Notes under the pieces: generated by a model | What the model saw: the letters and a program-made list of their open reading frames with translations, nothing else | The model's database searches: none | Told to the model about the DNA's origin: nothing | Program-made: the position numbers and the translations under genes | Assembly (NCBI GenBank): GCA_012295275.1 | Contig: CM022670.1 | Location: forward strand, 41,106,001 to 41,170,000 | DNA length: 64,000 bases | Reading direction: 5' to 3' | Source of the DNA: Chrysomallon squamiferum | Lineage: Eukaryota > Animalia > Mollusca | In this document: piece by piece, positions 40,224-53,311 of the stretch | How positions within the stretch are numbered: the first letter of the stretch is position 1 | Layout: every line of letters starts with the position of its first letter

Positions 40224-42692
40224 GTAAAAAAAAAAAAACCACAAACTCATGAAGAATACAGAGATTCACAGGAACCAGCAACATGTAAGAATGCAGTCAG
40301 CTACTGCAACCTGCTTTTAATTTGTAGACAATATTAGTTACTTTTAATTTTGATAACTACATGTAAGAATAGAGCATCCTTTTTTAATTTGTAGACAGTA
40401 TTAGTTACTGTCATTCATATTTTGATAAGAACCATCAACAATTCAATAATATTAGTAACCTGTATTCTGTTTATGATTTGTAAACAGTATTTTCTTTTGT
40501 TTATTTTTTGTATACAGTTCTTATCCATTACAACTGAATTTTCAGGACTGGTGCTTTCCCTGTTAGTCCATGAAATGAAGGGTCATCAGTATATAAATAT
40601 ATTTTCTTTCATTTAGTTGTATTTGATTTGTTGTTTTCTAGTTGTTGTTTTTTTACAGCCTTGCCACCGTTTGAAGTATCTACCATACATCAGACCACAC
40701 CTCAGGTATTATTTTTATATACTACATCATCTTTAGATAGACACAAGTTGCTTTTCACATTTTTACTTAGATATGTAAGAAATTAAGTTGAATTTATTTG
40801 TTCATTTTTTTTCTATACTTTGTATACATTTAGACACAGAATTTGTTATATTTTTATTTAAGTGTTATATATCCAGATGAAATTTCTCTAATTAAGTATC
40901 TCTACTGAAAACACTTTAACAGAGAGAATGTATATTTAAGTATGACATTTTGTAAGTCATTTTATCTATAAAATGCAATTCCTCAGACCTGTGTTATTAT
41001 TTTAAAACCGTTAATTTTCACAAGAATTATTGAACATTGTTACTTCTATTTAATTTTTATCAATCAAAGTCATGTTTTCCTGTTCAGTTAATGAATTAAT
41101 GATATTTTGTCTAAGATATTTATGAGACACGAGAGAAATAAAAACATTTACTATGATGTTTTTATAATGAAATTGTTCTTCTTACTGCTGAATCTGCTTT
41201 TACTGATACTATTATCAGCACATATTTTTACCTTATAATATATTGTGGATTATTTGTTAGTATATTTGAAAAATAACTCAGTACTCAGGACATACTGCAG
41301 AGCATTATTAAATGTAAAGTCATAATGTAAATATAATTACATTTAAGATTAAAATGTGTTTTTATAATAACATTTCTTTACTTGTAAGTTATTCATTTTA
41401 GTGTAATTAAAGAAAAGATTTTTGCTAAGTAAATTTCAAATCAGACTAGAGCAAAAAGTATTACCTGTAATTAACTGGAATAAAAAATAATTAATACTAA
41501 ATAAATAAATAATAAAAGTAATAATGTTTACTGCAGTAATATAAATATGTGTCACTTTTTTTTATCTACAGCCACTAGATCATATAGACACTACTGAGTG
41601 TTAAAAACTGATTTTTAAAGGCGAAAATTTCTACAAGTTCTACCAGTGATCAACAAACGTATCTAAAGGGACATAATACTACATTTGAATGTGTTTTGTT
41701 ATTTACTGCATTACAATATCTGCTATAAAATTTTTATACCTTTCTGTAAGAAAAAAAATTATATACACAATCTTTTAAGAACATTTTTTTTTTTGGAGTA
41801 TCATAACATGATATATTATATTTATATAATGTTTTTCAGTAAGGCACTGTGTTTTTAATATGTAATCATATGCTCTGTTTAATATTTGTAATCTGTGTAT
41901 ACAAGGAATTGATTAGGGTTCAATCATGCATATGATGGGAAAATCTAATATTTCTCCAAGCTGACCTGTCCAAGCATCTAATAATTTTGTGGTATTAATG
42001 AAAAATTCAGTTACAAAAGGGCTTAGAATCCATTTTTACTTATGGACTGACTGATAATAATTAACCATTACTTCAACATAGTTAGTTGTAAAATCAATGA
42101 CATTCAACAGTAAAGGACCAATGAATTGTTAAGAGAGTGCAAAAGAACTTCCATCCTTTTGAGTTTTGCTTTTCGTTATTGTTTTAAAAGTGATAAATGA
42201 TATGTAAATTATTTTGCATCTAAACTCTTCAAATCTTGCTGTAATAATGGTTCACACTAAATGTATTCATCTGCTTGTTTCATCTCCTTGTTATTCTGTA
42301 GTACACTGTGCCAAATTCAGTTTTCAAGGTATATATACTTAATTTTAATGAATGAATATATGAACCTTTACACCTTTCTTATTGATTAATGTTTATGTCC
42401 AACTATAAAGAAATGAAGAGGTGTGTCTGAAAGATTTCATAGTGTTTTATAACTTTTTTTAATCAATATTGTTTTTGGCATTTTATATTTTATATGTTCA
42501 AAATACACAATATATTTACATGTTCTGTGAAACTAAGGTAGACATGGTGAATTCAGTTTTATTGCTGAATTCTGTTTGTCTTGCCCTAACAGAGAATAAG
42601 ACAAACGAGTAGAAATATGGAATATCTCTTCTCTTTTTATAAATTAATAAATATTTGGTCTGAATACCTCTTAAGGCATTTAAGTATGGATA

Positions 42693-43930
42693 CGGTGTTT
42701 GACATGTTTTTTATTATTATTATTATTATGACTGTCTGAGAGAAATTCTGCTGATACTATTCTTGAACTAAGTCTGGTAGCAAGTTTTCATTTGTGTCAA
42801 GATCCAAAATAATCCCAAAGACATCAAGAATATTTATCCTGTAAGAAACTGTTGTCTTATCACTGCCTTTATTGAGGGATATGTTCAATTTTAGAATTTT
42901 GTTTTGTTAATTTGCATTACATATTTTGTTTATTAATTAATTTGTAGTATTTTACCAAATTTTCTTTTAAAATATGTTTTGATACCAATTTTTACAGTAA
43001 AATAAAATATGTCGTGTGTATTGATTTATTTTATAATTATATGAACGATAAAACAATTTAATATAACGTGATGCATAACCTGAGCATGTGACTGTTAACA
43101 CATTTATTTATTAAGGTGTTTGAGATATGTTTATTATTATTATTATGACTGTCTGAGAGAAATTCTGCTGATAGTATTCTTGAACTAAGTCTGGTAGCAA
43201 GTTTTCGTTTGTGTCAAGATCCAAAATAATCCCAAAGACATCAAGAATATTTATCCTGTAAGAAACTGTTGTCTTATCACTGCCTTTATTGAGGGATATG
43301 TTCAATTTTAGAATTTTGTTTTGTAAATTTGCATTACATATTTTGTTTATTAATTAATTTGTAGTATTTTACCAAATTTTCTTTTAAAATATGTTTTGAT
43401 ACCAATTTTTACAGTAAAATAAAATATGTCGTGTGTATTGATTTATTTTATAATTATATGAACGATAAAACAATTTAATATAACGTGATGCATAACCTGA
43501 GCATGTGACTGTTAACACATTTATTTATTAAGGTGTTTGAGATATGTTTATTATTATTATTATGACTGTCTGAGAGAAATTCAGCTGATACTATTCTTGA
43601 ACTAAGTCTGGTAGCAAGTTTTCATTTGTGCCAACATCCAAAATAATCCCAAAGACATCAAGAATATTTATCCTAATTTGTCATTTCCTGTAAGAAATTG
43701 TTGTTTTGTCACTGCCTTTATTTAATGGTATGTTCAATATTGCAATTTAATTTTGTTATTAATTTATTTGTATTTTTATCAAATTTTATTTTTTGTAAAT
43801 ATGTTTTGATACAAATTTTTATAATATAATAAAATATGTAGAGTATATACATTTATTTTATAATTATATGAACTATAAGATTTTTAAATTTATGTGATGC
43901 ATAACCTTAGCCTATGACTTTTAATACATT
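42693..43930 (+). repeat. ~417-bp tandem repeat (3 units) downstream of copy C
   Basis: The marker recurs at ~42728, ~43145 and ~43562. Confidence 0.88.
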
Positions 43931-44100
43931 TATTTCATATGTGCATATCTTTTATGTTCTTAAATTGTACAACTTAAAGCTACAATTTAAAGCAGAAGAG
44001 GTATCTCCATATATCAGACGGTTTGAGTTTTATTCTCTGTTAATGCAAAACAAACAAAATAGCTGGGTGTAACTGTCATTTGATATAAATATGCTTGTGT

Positions 44101-44131
<31 letters not shown>

Positions 44132-44593
44132 ACACACACATGAACAAAATACTACTAAAAACATTTTATATTTGTTTTTTACTAGATTTTATTATTTTAA
44201 ATTAAATTAATCCATTGGTTCTAATGAAAGTTTTATTTATATGTCAATTTTCAATGAAAGAAATAATTGGTTTGCAGTTTGTTTGATTAATTATGACATT
44301 GCTTGAGTGTTTTCTTCTTTTTTTTTATGATTTACTTAGTTCCTTTAAAAACTTGGATTATTTTATTTTATATTTAAATATTTCAGTCTAATGTACCAAT
44401 TACTTACCTCCATAACCTAGAGAATGACAAGTTTGAGAATTATTTTTGATACTGGTTTAAATCTGTGTCTGACATGTATACAAGAGCTAATAGCATGATT
44501 AAAAATGATTGAAAATCATGTTTTGTTATTGATATTCAGTTCTTATTTACTTTGTATGACCACCAAAAAACAACAAAAGACAAAATATATATA

Positions 44594-45293
44594 CATTGGT
44601 ACCTTGACTTACGAGTTTAATTCGTTTAACTCAATTTGCTCGTATATGAGTTCAATTATTCCAACAGAAATCCATTAATCCGTTCCAGCCAATTTGTTTT
44701 GTTGCTTTTTTAATTTTGTTATTGGTTTTTTGGCAGGGGTTTTTTTGTGGGGGTTTTGTTTAATTTTTTTTTTTTAATTTTTTTTGTAACGTCTTTTTAA
44801 ATAAGAAAAATGTGTTTATAAATGTCAAATATTGTATAAATTTTAAAAAATGTAAAGAAATAAATTGGTTTTGTAAAGTGTGTTTATCTTGGCGATCAGT
44901 CAAATTATTGTAACGCATTTGGCTGAGTTAAAGCCTTTATCGACTCTTCCTGCGTCAGTTTGGTGCATATCGTAGAAGTACTACGCTCGTACTGCTTAGC
45001 TAAGTCAACGATACGCACACCTCGCTCGTGTTTTTTATGATTTCATGCTTTAATTCAATGGACATCATCAGCTTCCTCTTCTAGCACTGTCCTTTGCACT
45101 CGCTTTCCTATTTCTGGTCAGAAAATGGAAATTTGTCAAAATACTGCACAAAACGGGAGCACAACACATCAGAGATACTGCAATGGCAAGCTAACCATGT
45201 GATGTAAAGGATGCTGAAGCTCGCTCGCAACTCAAAGCAAAAATTGATCAGGCGACTCCTCGTAACTCAGATAACTCGTGGTCTAGCTACAAT
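44594..45293 (-). mobile_element. Tigger/pogo DNA transposon remnant (paralog of 29167-29860)
   Basis: Near-identical to the element at 29167, including the HTH fragment at ~44900-45110. Confidence 0.85.
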
Positions 45294-46561
45294 GTCCAAA
45301 AACATTAACTGAATGGAATGTGTTGAAATAACTAGAAAGTGATTTACAAGTGAAACTTGTCAAAATGAAAATAAAGTAATTTTCACTCTTTCTCAAATAA
45401 AGAAAAAACAAAACAATAACAACAACATCAATAATAATAATGAAAAAAAAAAAAAAAAAAAAAAATTAAAAATATATTGAGAAAATTATTTTAAAAGTAA
45501 ACTCAGTTTGTCAGTATTAACTTTTTATTTTCATCACAAAAATCAGCAACAAATATTTCTGACCATCTGCCTGGATTTTCTTTTCAAACAAGTTGGTAAA
45601 ATTCATGACTTACTGAAACAATCCCAAATTCCATACATGCTTATCAATATTTTTTTTTTTTTTTTTTTTGAAACAAACATCTTTGAGGGTAAAAAATAAC
45701 AACAACAACAAAAAACAAAAACAAAAACAAACCATAATTGGATGCAATAAATTCTATAAAAAAAATAAAAAATAAAAAAAATGTGTGACATTAAATTCAC
45801 ACAAAATCTAATTCTGCATCTGACATCATCAAGTATCCACGTTTGAGCCAATTCTCTGCATTATAATTACTATACTTTTATCAGAATATATTGTTATTTG
45901 ATATCATGGTGTATAAATTGGGCAGAGGAAATAAAAATATAATCGAAATCGAACTTGTGTAGCCACATATATATTGCGAGTTTTTGTTTGTTTCACGTTA
46001 GTATGTGTAATTCTTTAACATTCTTATCTTTTTAATGCGGTATGGGTTTTAACGCAGAACATGCGAGTTCCATAGAAACAGAATGGTGTGGTCATGGTCT
46101 AATTGTTTAACCGTGTTTTGACTTTAAGCAGACGGCCATAATAAGATAATTGTATAATTTATCAATCAAGTGTGCTTGTGGTTTCGGTTTTGACGCAGAT
46201 AAGCAACAATCTTGCGTTGTGCAGAAATAACGATGGTTTTCTTGTTATTGACGGAGACTGAATGTAATATATATACCTGATTAAAATATAAACATTAAAT
46301 TCAATATACATTGCAAGTTTTTCTTTGTTTCTGGTTAGTATGTGTAATACTGTAACCTTCTTAGCTTTTTAATGCGGTATAGGTTTTGACGCAGAACGTG
46401 CCAGTTCCATAAAAACAGACTGATGTGGTCGTGGTCTAATTGTTTAATCGTGTTTTGACTGAAAAAAAAAAAAATTAAAGGCCAATCAAATATAAAAACT
46501 GCTACATTTTAAACTGCATTTGTTTATTTGTAAGCAGGTGCTCGTTGTTACAGGTAAGCAA

Positions 46562-46655
46562 TGTGTCCAACATGGCGTCTGCTTCAACTGTGTCTGACGT
46601 CTGCCTGTAAACTAAAGTAATGCTGATGAACAAACAGCTGTAAAATATAAAACCA
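46562..46655 (+). promoter_or_regulatory. Putative 5' non-coding exon / TSS-proximal region of copy D
   Basis: caacatggcg at 46568-46577, candidate donor ccag|gttgtc, and an ETS-like cggaagt at 46801. Confidence 0.38.
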
Positions 46656-47033
46656 GGTTGTCTGTTTTTACATATCGCTTCAATTACATTATTCACTATA
46701 AACCTTCAGTTTGTAAAATATTCTAAAATGGTTTTAATTTCGATCCTAAATGTAAAGAGCTATTGGTAACAATACAAAACAAATGCTTAGGCAAGGAAAA
46801 CGGAAGTTAAATTTTCAAATAATTTTAATAATCAACGAAAGAATTATACTTATTTTTTTTTCTTTCTTAAAATGATAAAATAAAAATATAATTAAGTTTT
46901 AATGAATACTCCAGTGCATGCGGTAATTAAACTACGGGGAATCCAATTTTATGTGTGTAGGCTATGTATGTGTGAGGTATCAATACTGAAGCACACTTTT
47001 AAATTTTTTATTTTATTTTCACTGTAGATGAAA

Positions 47034-50000
47034 ATGGCTGAAATAGACAATAAAAAGAAGATAAAGAAAAGATCTAAAATATCACCAACCGAGGAAGTTA
47101 GTAACACAAGAGGAAAAGAAAATCAAGGAATTGCTTTGGATAATCTCAATCATGTTGGGTGAGAAACATATATTAACTAAAATATGAAATAAGCAATGTG
47201 ACTATAATGTCTGTTGTATTAGAAAGAAAGACAATTGTTTTGACTTGGTTTTTGTTTTTGAGCTACCATCAATGAAATTAGAAAGTTACAACTAATTCTT
47301 TTAAATTAACTTTATTTTTATTTTTTAAATTATAATATTATATATGATTAATCATTTTTATTTATTAATTTATTTATTTATTATTTTTACAAATAGATGA
47401 AAAAAATTCCTTTTATTAAATAACAGGTACATTTACTACAGTTTACAACATTCACTGGTAACAGATTGTTTTCTTTCACAATCAATTTTTAAATTATTTT
47501 AAAGCAAATAACCAAAATTCTTCCCCAATCAACAAAGATCATAATTTAAGAACAAATCTGAATCACAAAATTATTCTAGCAGTTTGATTTCAGTTTTTCT
47601 TTCATTCACATTATTTTGGCAGTGATTTCAAAGATGTTATTAATTTCAGACAGGAACCCTTCTGTGTGACCAAAAGAAGAATGCAAAAACAAACAAGTAT
47701 AGTTAATCGGATGTTTATTTTTTTTTTTCATTATTGAACTAATTTTTTTTCTTTTTGCTTATTTAACCCTTTTTCTGTGTGTGTGTGTGTGTGTGTCTTG
47801 TTGTTTTTTTGAATTGAGATTTGTCATTCTAGACTTGTATATGATTAACTAATTTACACAGAAATAATTATTCACATCAAAAGAAAAATCCTGAAATGCC
47901 TACTCAGTGTGTATAAATATAAAAACAGTAGACCAATATGTTTAGTCCATAAGTTTGCCTTCATTCAACTTACTTATCTATATTCACGTACACATAATGT
48001 AATCTTAATGCATTTAGAAAGTCACTTGTATATATTAAAATGATTAGAGCTAAAAGGTTGAATATTAATTATAAGTTGACTAACATCATACAGATGGTAG
48101 AAGAAACAAATTTCTGTTGTGTTAATAGCTGTACAAGTTAAAAATTAACATTGTTGATCATCCCATTTTTCATTCTTGTTACTGAGATTTATTTTATGTT
48201 ATAAAAAAGTCAAATGTGACATTAGTATCAGTATTTTGAAGTCAAAACATGATTTTAAACTGCATTATCTGTGCCAATAGATGTCAATGGCTTCATTCTA
48301 AAAATTATTTATCATTATTATTTTGTTTTATTTTTATTACTATTTATTTTTTTCTCATAAATTATTAAAAAATTAGTTTATTTCCTGATCAGGTATTTAT
48401 TTAAGTTTTGTTTGTGTTTTATGTTTTAAGGTTTCATTAAACGTAAGTTCAGTAAGTTGTCTTTTGGTAGCATGTTTACTCATTTTTCCATATTGTAGAA
48501 TATCAGAGGTAATGTCAGGGGTTTAGTTAAATACTGTTAGCATTACTATACTGTTTCCGTAATTGTTTCCAAATGCATTAAGTCACGTTTTTTACTTAAG
48601 TTACACTGTGGATTACTGTTGTTTACTAACAACTAATTAACAACCACAATCTGAATTTTTATCACATTTTAAAATCTGTTAATCACTGGTATTGTAGTAA
48701 ATGGAAAAAAAATAAATACACTAATAATAATAAATGAATAAATAAATAATTATAACATAAGAAAAATCTTTATGAAATTAATTTAGTATAGTTCTTATAT
48801 GTAACTACTCTAAAGGTTATATTATTTAATGATGATGATGATGATTGTGTTGTCTTACAGCATAGCCTGATAACACAGAAATATTTCTTTGAATTATCTT
48901 TTAATACTTAAATATATGTTTAAAAACTGTATTGTATGTCTGTCACAATTTTTATTCCTTTGCAAATTTCAATTTATTTATTTATTCTATTTTTATTTAT
49001 TTATTTATTTTATATCTTACAATATTTCATCTTATGATTTTATATGTGGATTAATAATAATAATAATAATAATAATAATGATAATAATAATAGTAGTATA
49101 ACAACAAAAATAATTTCAATTTCATAATCAGCTATGTTTTAATTTACCTTTTATTATTGTTTTTATATTTTTTCATATGTTTATCAATTAATTCACGGAC
49201 TCACATTTTATTTCAGATAAATTAGAACAAAACTAAAAAATATGCAGAGTTTTTCATTTCGATTTTTATCTGATATCTGAAGATTATCTAATTTCACTTA
49301 AAAATAACTTTGTTTTATTCATCTCGCTATCTTCATTTTCAGTAAATATTTTCACTTCTTCAATTAAACAAATCATTTTTAACAGACACTATCTCATTGT
49401 CAAGAATAATATGTAAATGTGTTATTCCTAAATGAATAATATAGAAATATTATTTATTTTTCACTAATACCATGTGTAAGGTTTTGTTTTTGTTTTGTTA
49501 AACAAGCCACTAAAATTAGTTTGTTAAATAGGTTTTCTTTTCTAAAACTGTAAAGTGGCAAAATGGTTCTAACGTTTATTAAATATTTAAGATAGATAAA
49601 TTCAGGTTTCCTTATTGTTCTCTGAATTATCTATAGAATAACTAATTATATACCATTATCTGCATTATATATTATTAAATTTGCTTCTTTCATTATACAA
49701 TAAATATTTAAATATATAATTCAATATACAAACACAGAAAGCAAAATATATGTAGTAAGAAATCATAATTATCACTGTTGTATTTACTAAATTGCTAAAA
49801 CTTTGAAGTGGCAAAATGGTTCTAACATTTATTAAATATTCACTATTGTATTTACTAAACTGGTCAGAATAAAATAAAAATATCAAAGAATTTGTTTTCT
49901 TTTATTTCCACAAATGATAGTTGTACTAAAATATGAATATGAACATCAGAAAGACAGAGAGACAACAGGTCAGTTAGGACTGGATGACATCCACCCAGAC

Positions 50001-51334
50001 TTTGTGAGTACCCAGGCAGAGAATAAAGCTGCATCATCAAAGAGTTGTGCAAATCAAGAATTAATGGACTATTTTGCCCGTCTTGGCCAATCTATTGAGG
50101 AAAATGAGACAATAGATCTGAATTTTGTTGAAACTCTGCTGCATGGTGGAGCAAACATAAACTGTACTGACAAACATGGACAGACAATTTTACATGACGT
50201 AAGTGTAACAGAAATTTATAGGCTATTATTTTAGTCTTGAGTGCATTGTCCAAGAGGTTTTTTAGTATTAGAGACTTTCAATTGAGTTTTCATGGGTCAC
50301 TAGATCTATAAATCTTGATGACCCATATTTTCTGTTTATCATAAACTAATGATCTGTAAGCGGCCTTCCTTAGAATTAAAACTTGTTTATTTACTATTGT
50401 CTAGTTAATATTTTTGAACTGTATTTGACTTTAATTATATTTAGGTTGCTCGAACATGGCATGTAGATGTTGCCAGATTTCTTATTGAACATGGAGCCAA
50501 TGTCAATGCTGCTGACTTCTATGGCAGAACTCCACTCCATGTTGCAGCAGCAGTAGACTATGCAGACATGGTCAACCTACTCATTGACAACAAAGGTGTG
50601 TTATTGTTTTTCTTATTTATTAAGTATCTTCTGTCTCAAGGGTAGATTGGTCTGTTTATAGCTGAAATATATAAATCACTTTAGTGATTTGAAGACATTT
50701 ATTTTCCCATAGTGACAGACATGGCTAGGGAATTATATAAAAATTAATTAAAACATTTAAGAACTCAGATAAATCAAGTAAAATCTGATTTCATTCAGTG
50801 ATTCCTTTTAAACCACCAAAACTATGTGAGCTATTTCTGGATAAAAGAAGTGTGTTTGAGATGTGCTGATTTTAAGTAATATGTTTTATATATAGTAGTA
50901 AATTATATGTGTTTATAAACAATTAGCTTTGTTGTCTGTTTCAGCTGACAAGGAAGCTCTGACAATGAAGGGAGAAGATCAGACTCCTGTCTATTATGCA
51001 GCTAAATCTGATTCCTGCAAGTCTTTGAAAGCTCTCATTAAAAGAGGATGTGAGTTCAAATTAATCCGAGATGGCAAAGGTAGAACACCCATTCATGCTG
51101 CTGCTCAGCTAGGTAAATTTCAGATTTAGAAATTCTAATATTTGTTGTTAATATTTATCTGTATGAAGCTGATATGTTCATAATTAATCATTTTACACAT
51201 TGCTTTTAGTAGACATTTTTCCTCTTTAATACAAGATAAAAATTAGTTTTTTTTAATTTAATCAATTTCTTTTAAACAATTTATTTACTGTTTTTAAAAA
51301 AAATGGTCTTTTTAATTGGAACTTTTGTGATTAC

Positions 51335-51367
<33 letters not shown>

Positions 51368-51374
51368 GATTATA

Positions 51375-51430
<56 letters not shown>

Positions 51431-51492
51431 TGTTTTTATTATCATTAAATAATAATATTTGTTTTATATTTTTATTTCTAGGTATGTGACTA

Positions 51493-51527
<35 letters not shown>

Positions 51528-52384
51528 CAATACATTTTTTTTCAGATCGCAGTGAGACAGCCAGGTTACTCCTAAAGGAACAGGCTCCTGTAGATGTCAG
51601 TGACAAATCTGGTGTAAAAGCCATCACCTGGATGATCAAAAAAATGCCACCTGTGGTATGTACTGTTAAACCTTCACAAAACTAAAAGATTTCCCTCTCA
51701 ATGGAAAATAATAATATGACATAATTATGTATTGACATAGTTAAGAGTTGATGTAGATACTGTTTTACATGCAAAATTTTGTGTATGCTGTTTTTCAGGC
51801 CAATGAAGCTCTCAATCAGTTCCGAACAACGAATCGGCCAAACAGAGAACAGTGTTTTTATCTCAATCTTCTAGTTCAAGATATAGGTGAGATGTAATAA
51901 CAAATTTCTCTCTTAAGATTTTGTAATATTTCAGTTGGTAATTATGTTTGACTGTTATTAAATACTATTTGTGGAGACAGACATACACATGTACTTTCTC
52001 ACATATCAGATCTTAAGCTGTAAGAGAGAGTTGCAGTAAAGCAGGAATATACCAAGTAGAATTCATCATACCAAGATAACTTTGCTGCAACATATTCCTT
52101 TTCACTTTACAAAAACAGTTTTCTGACATTTAATTTATCATTAATGGAGTAATATTTTGTTTGAAAATGATATATTATGTCAAATTTTTAATCTCTAGTA
52201 AAGTTTAATTAAATCTCAGGGTCCAAACTTTTACAAAAACTGTTTTCTGACATTTAATTTATCCTTACTGGAATATTATTTTATTGTTAAGTTTTCAGTA
52301 ATTTGTTCTGATACTTGTATTTAAATTTCACTATTCAAACTTGAATTATTTCAGTTAAGCCCTATTTGGTTTTGTATCACACAT

Positions 52385-52432
<48 letters not shown>

Positions 52433-53218
52433 TTAAGTGTTTTGTATAGTTTTCAGTGTTTTCAAAGTGATTATGTTTTAATGTTTTACAGAAAAAGATC
52501 CAGATGGTGGAAAACCAACCCCAGTAAGTATTTCTCTTCTGACTTCTATTAATATGTGTATTTGTAATTAATAAATTTAAAAGAATTTTTATTATGAGAT
52601 TATCTTAAAGCCTTACAATGTTTTACAAATAAATGTAATTACTCTCATTTTTCTGATTGATTTTGTGTATATATCGAAGCATATATTACATCTACTTTAG
52701 GTTAGGTTTATTAATTAATTCAGTTGATTATAGGATTAGATAAATGACTATCTAGTTTAAAATTAAATATTTTAGCCGGGCACTTACCAAATTAAAATAA
52801 TAATGTAAAATGTGAAGTATAAGTAAGGAGTTGTTTATCCATAGAGATGGGTTTATTTCTGGTTGTAGAAGTCATTTTCTTTAAAAAAAAAGAAAAAAGA
52901 TTTGGACGGAAAACTATTTATTTTCATTTGTTTTAAATGGGCTTTTCAGTTTTGTTCATTTGAATTATTTTCAAGATATTTATGTATTATACTCTACTTA
53001 TTTTGGACAGTCTTTGAAAATATATACCTAATTAAATGAGAAAAAAAATTATCTGAATATTATGAAAGTTAAAAGTACCTACATGCCAAAAAAATAAAAA
53101 ATAAAAAATAAAAATAAATAAATATATAAATAAATAAATAAATACATAAATAAATAAGATAAAAATAAAAACAATAATAATAATATAAATAAATAAATAA
53201 ATAGATCAAATAAAAAAA

Positions 53219-53271
<53 letters not shown>

Positions 53272-53276
53272 TAATA

Positions 53277-53311
<35 letters not shown>

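Larger units (their letters stand above)
32626..41604 (+). pseudogene. TRPV-related channel, copy C: truncated and deleted pseudogene (some lesions could be consensus errors)
   Basis: Exons at 32626-32903, 33150-33300, 35130-35262, 36018-36095, 36735-36874, 37166-37341, 37672-37755, 38112-38257, 38586-~38701, 39316-39516, 39690-39776 and later to 41604. Exons 1-2 are missing (junction ~30560). A ~2.5 kb deletion at 33510 removes four exons plus most of the pre-S1 exon and breaks phase. The S6 donor is destroyed (~38700), and there is a 1-nt deletion at ~39381 and a +2 A insertion at ~39720. Confidence 0.78.
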
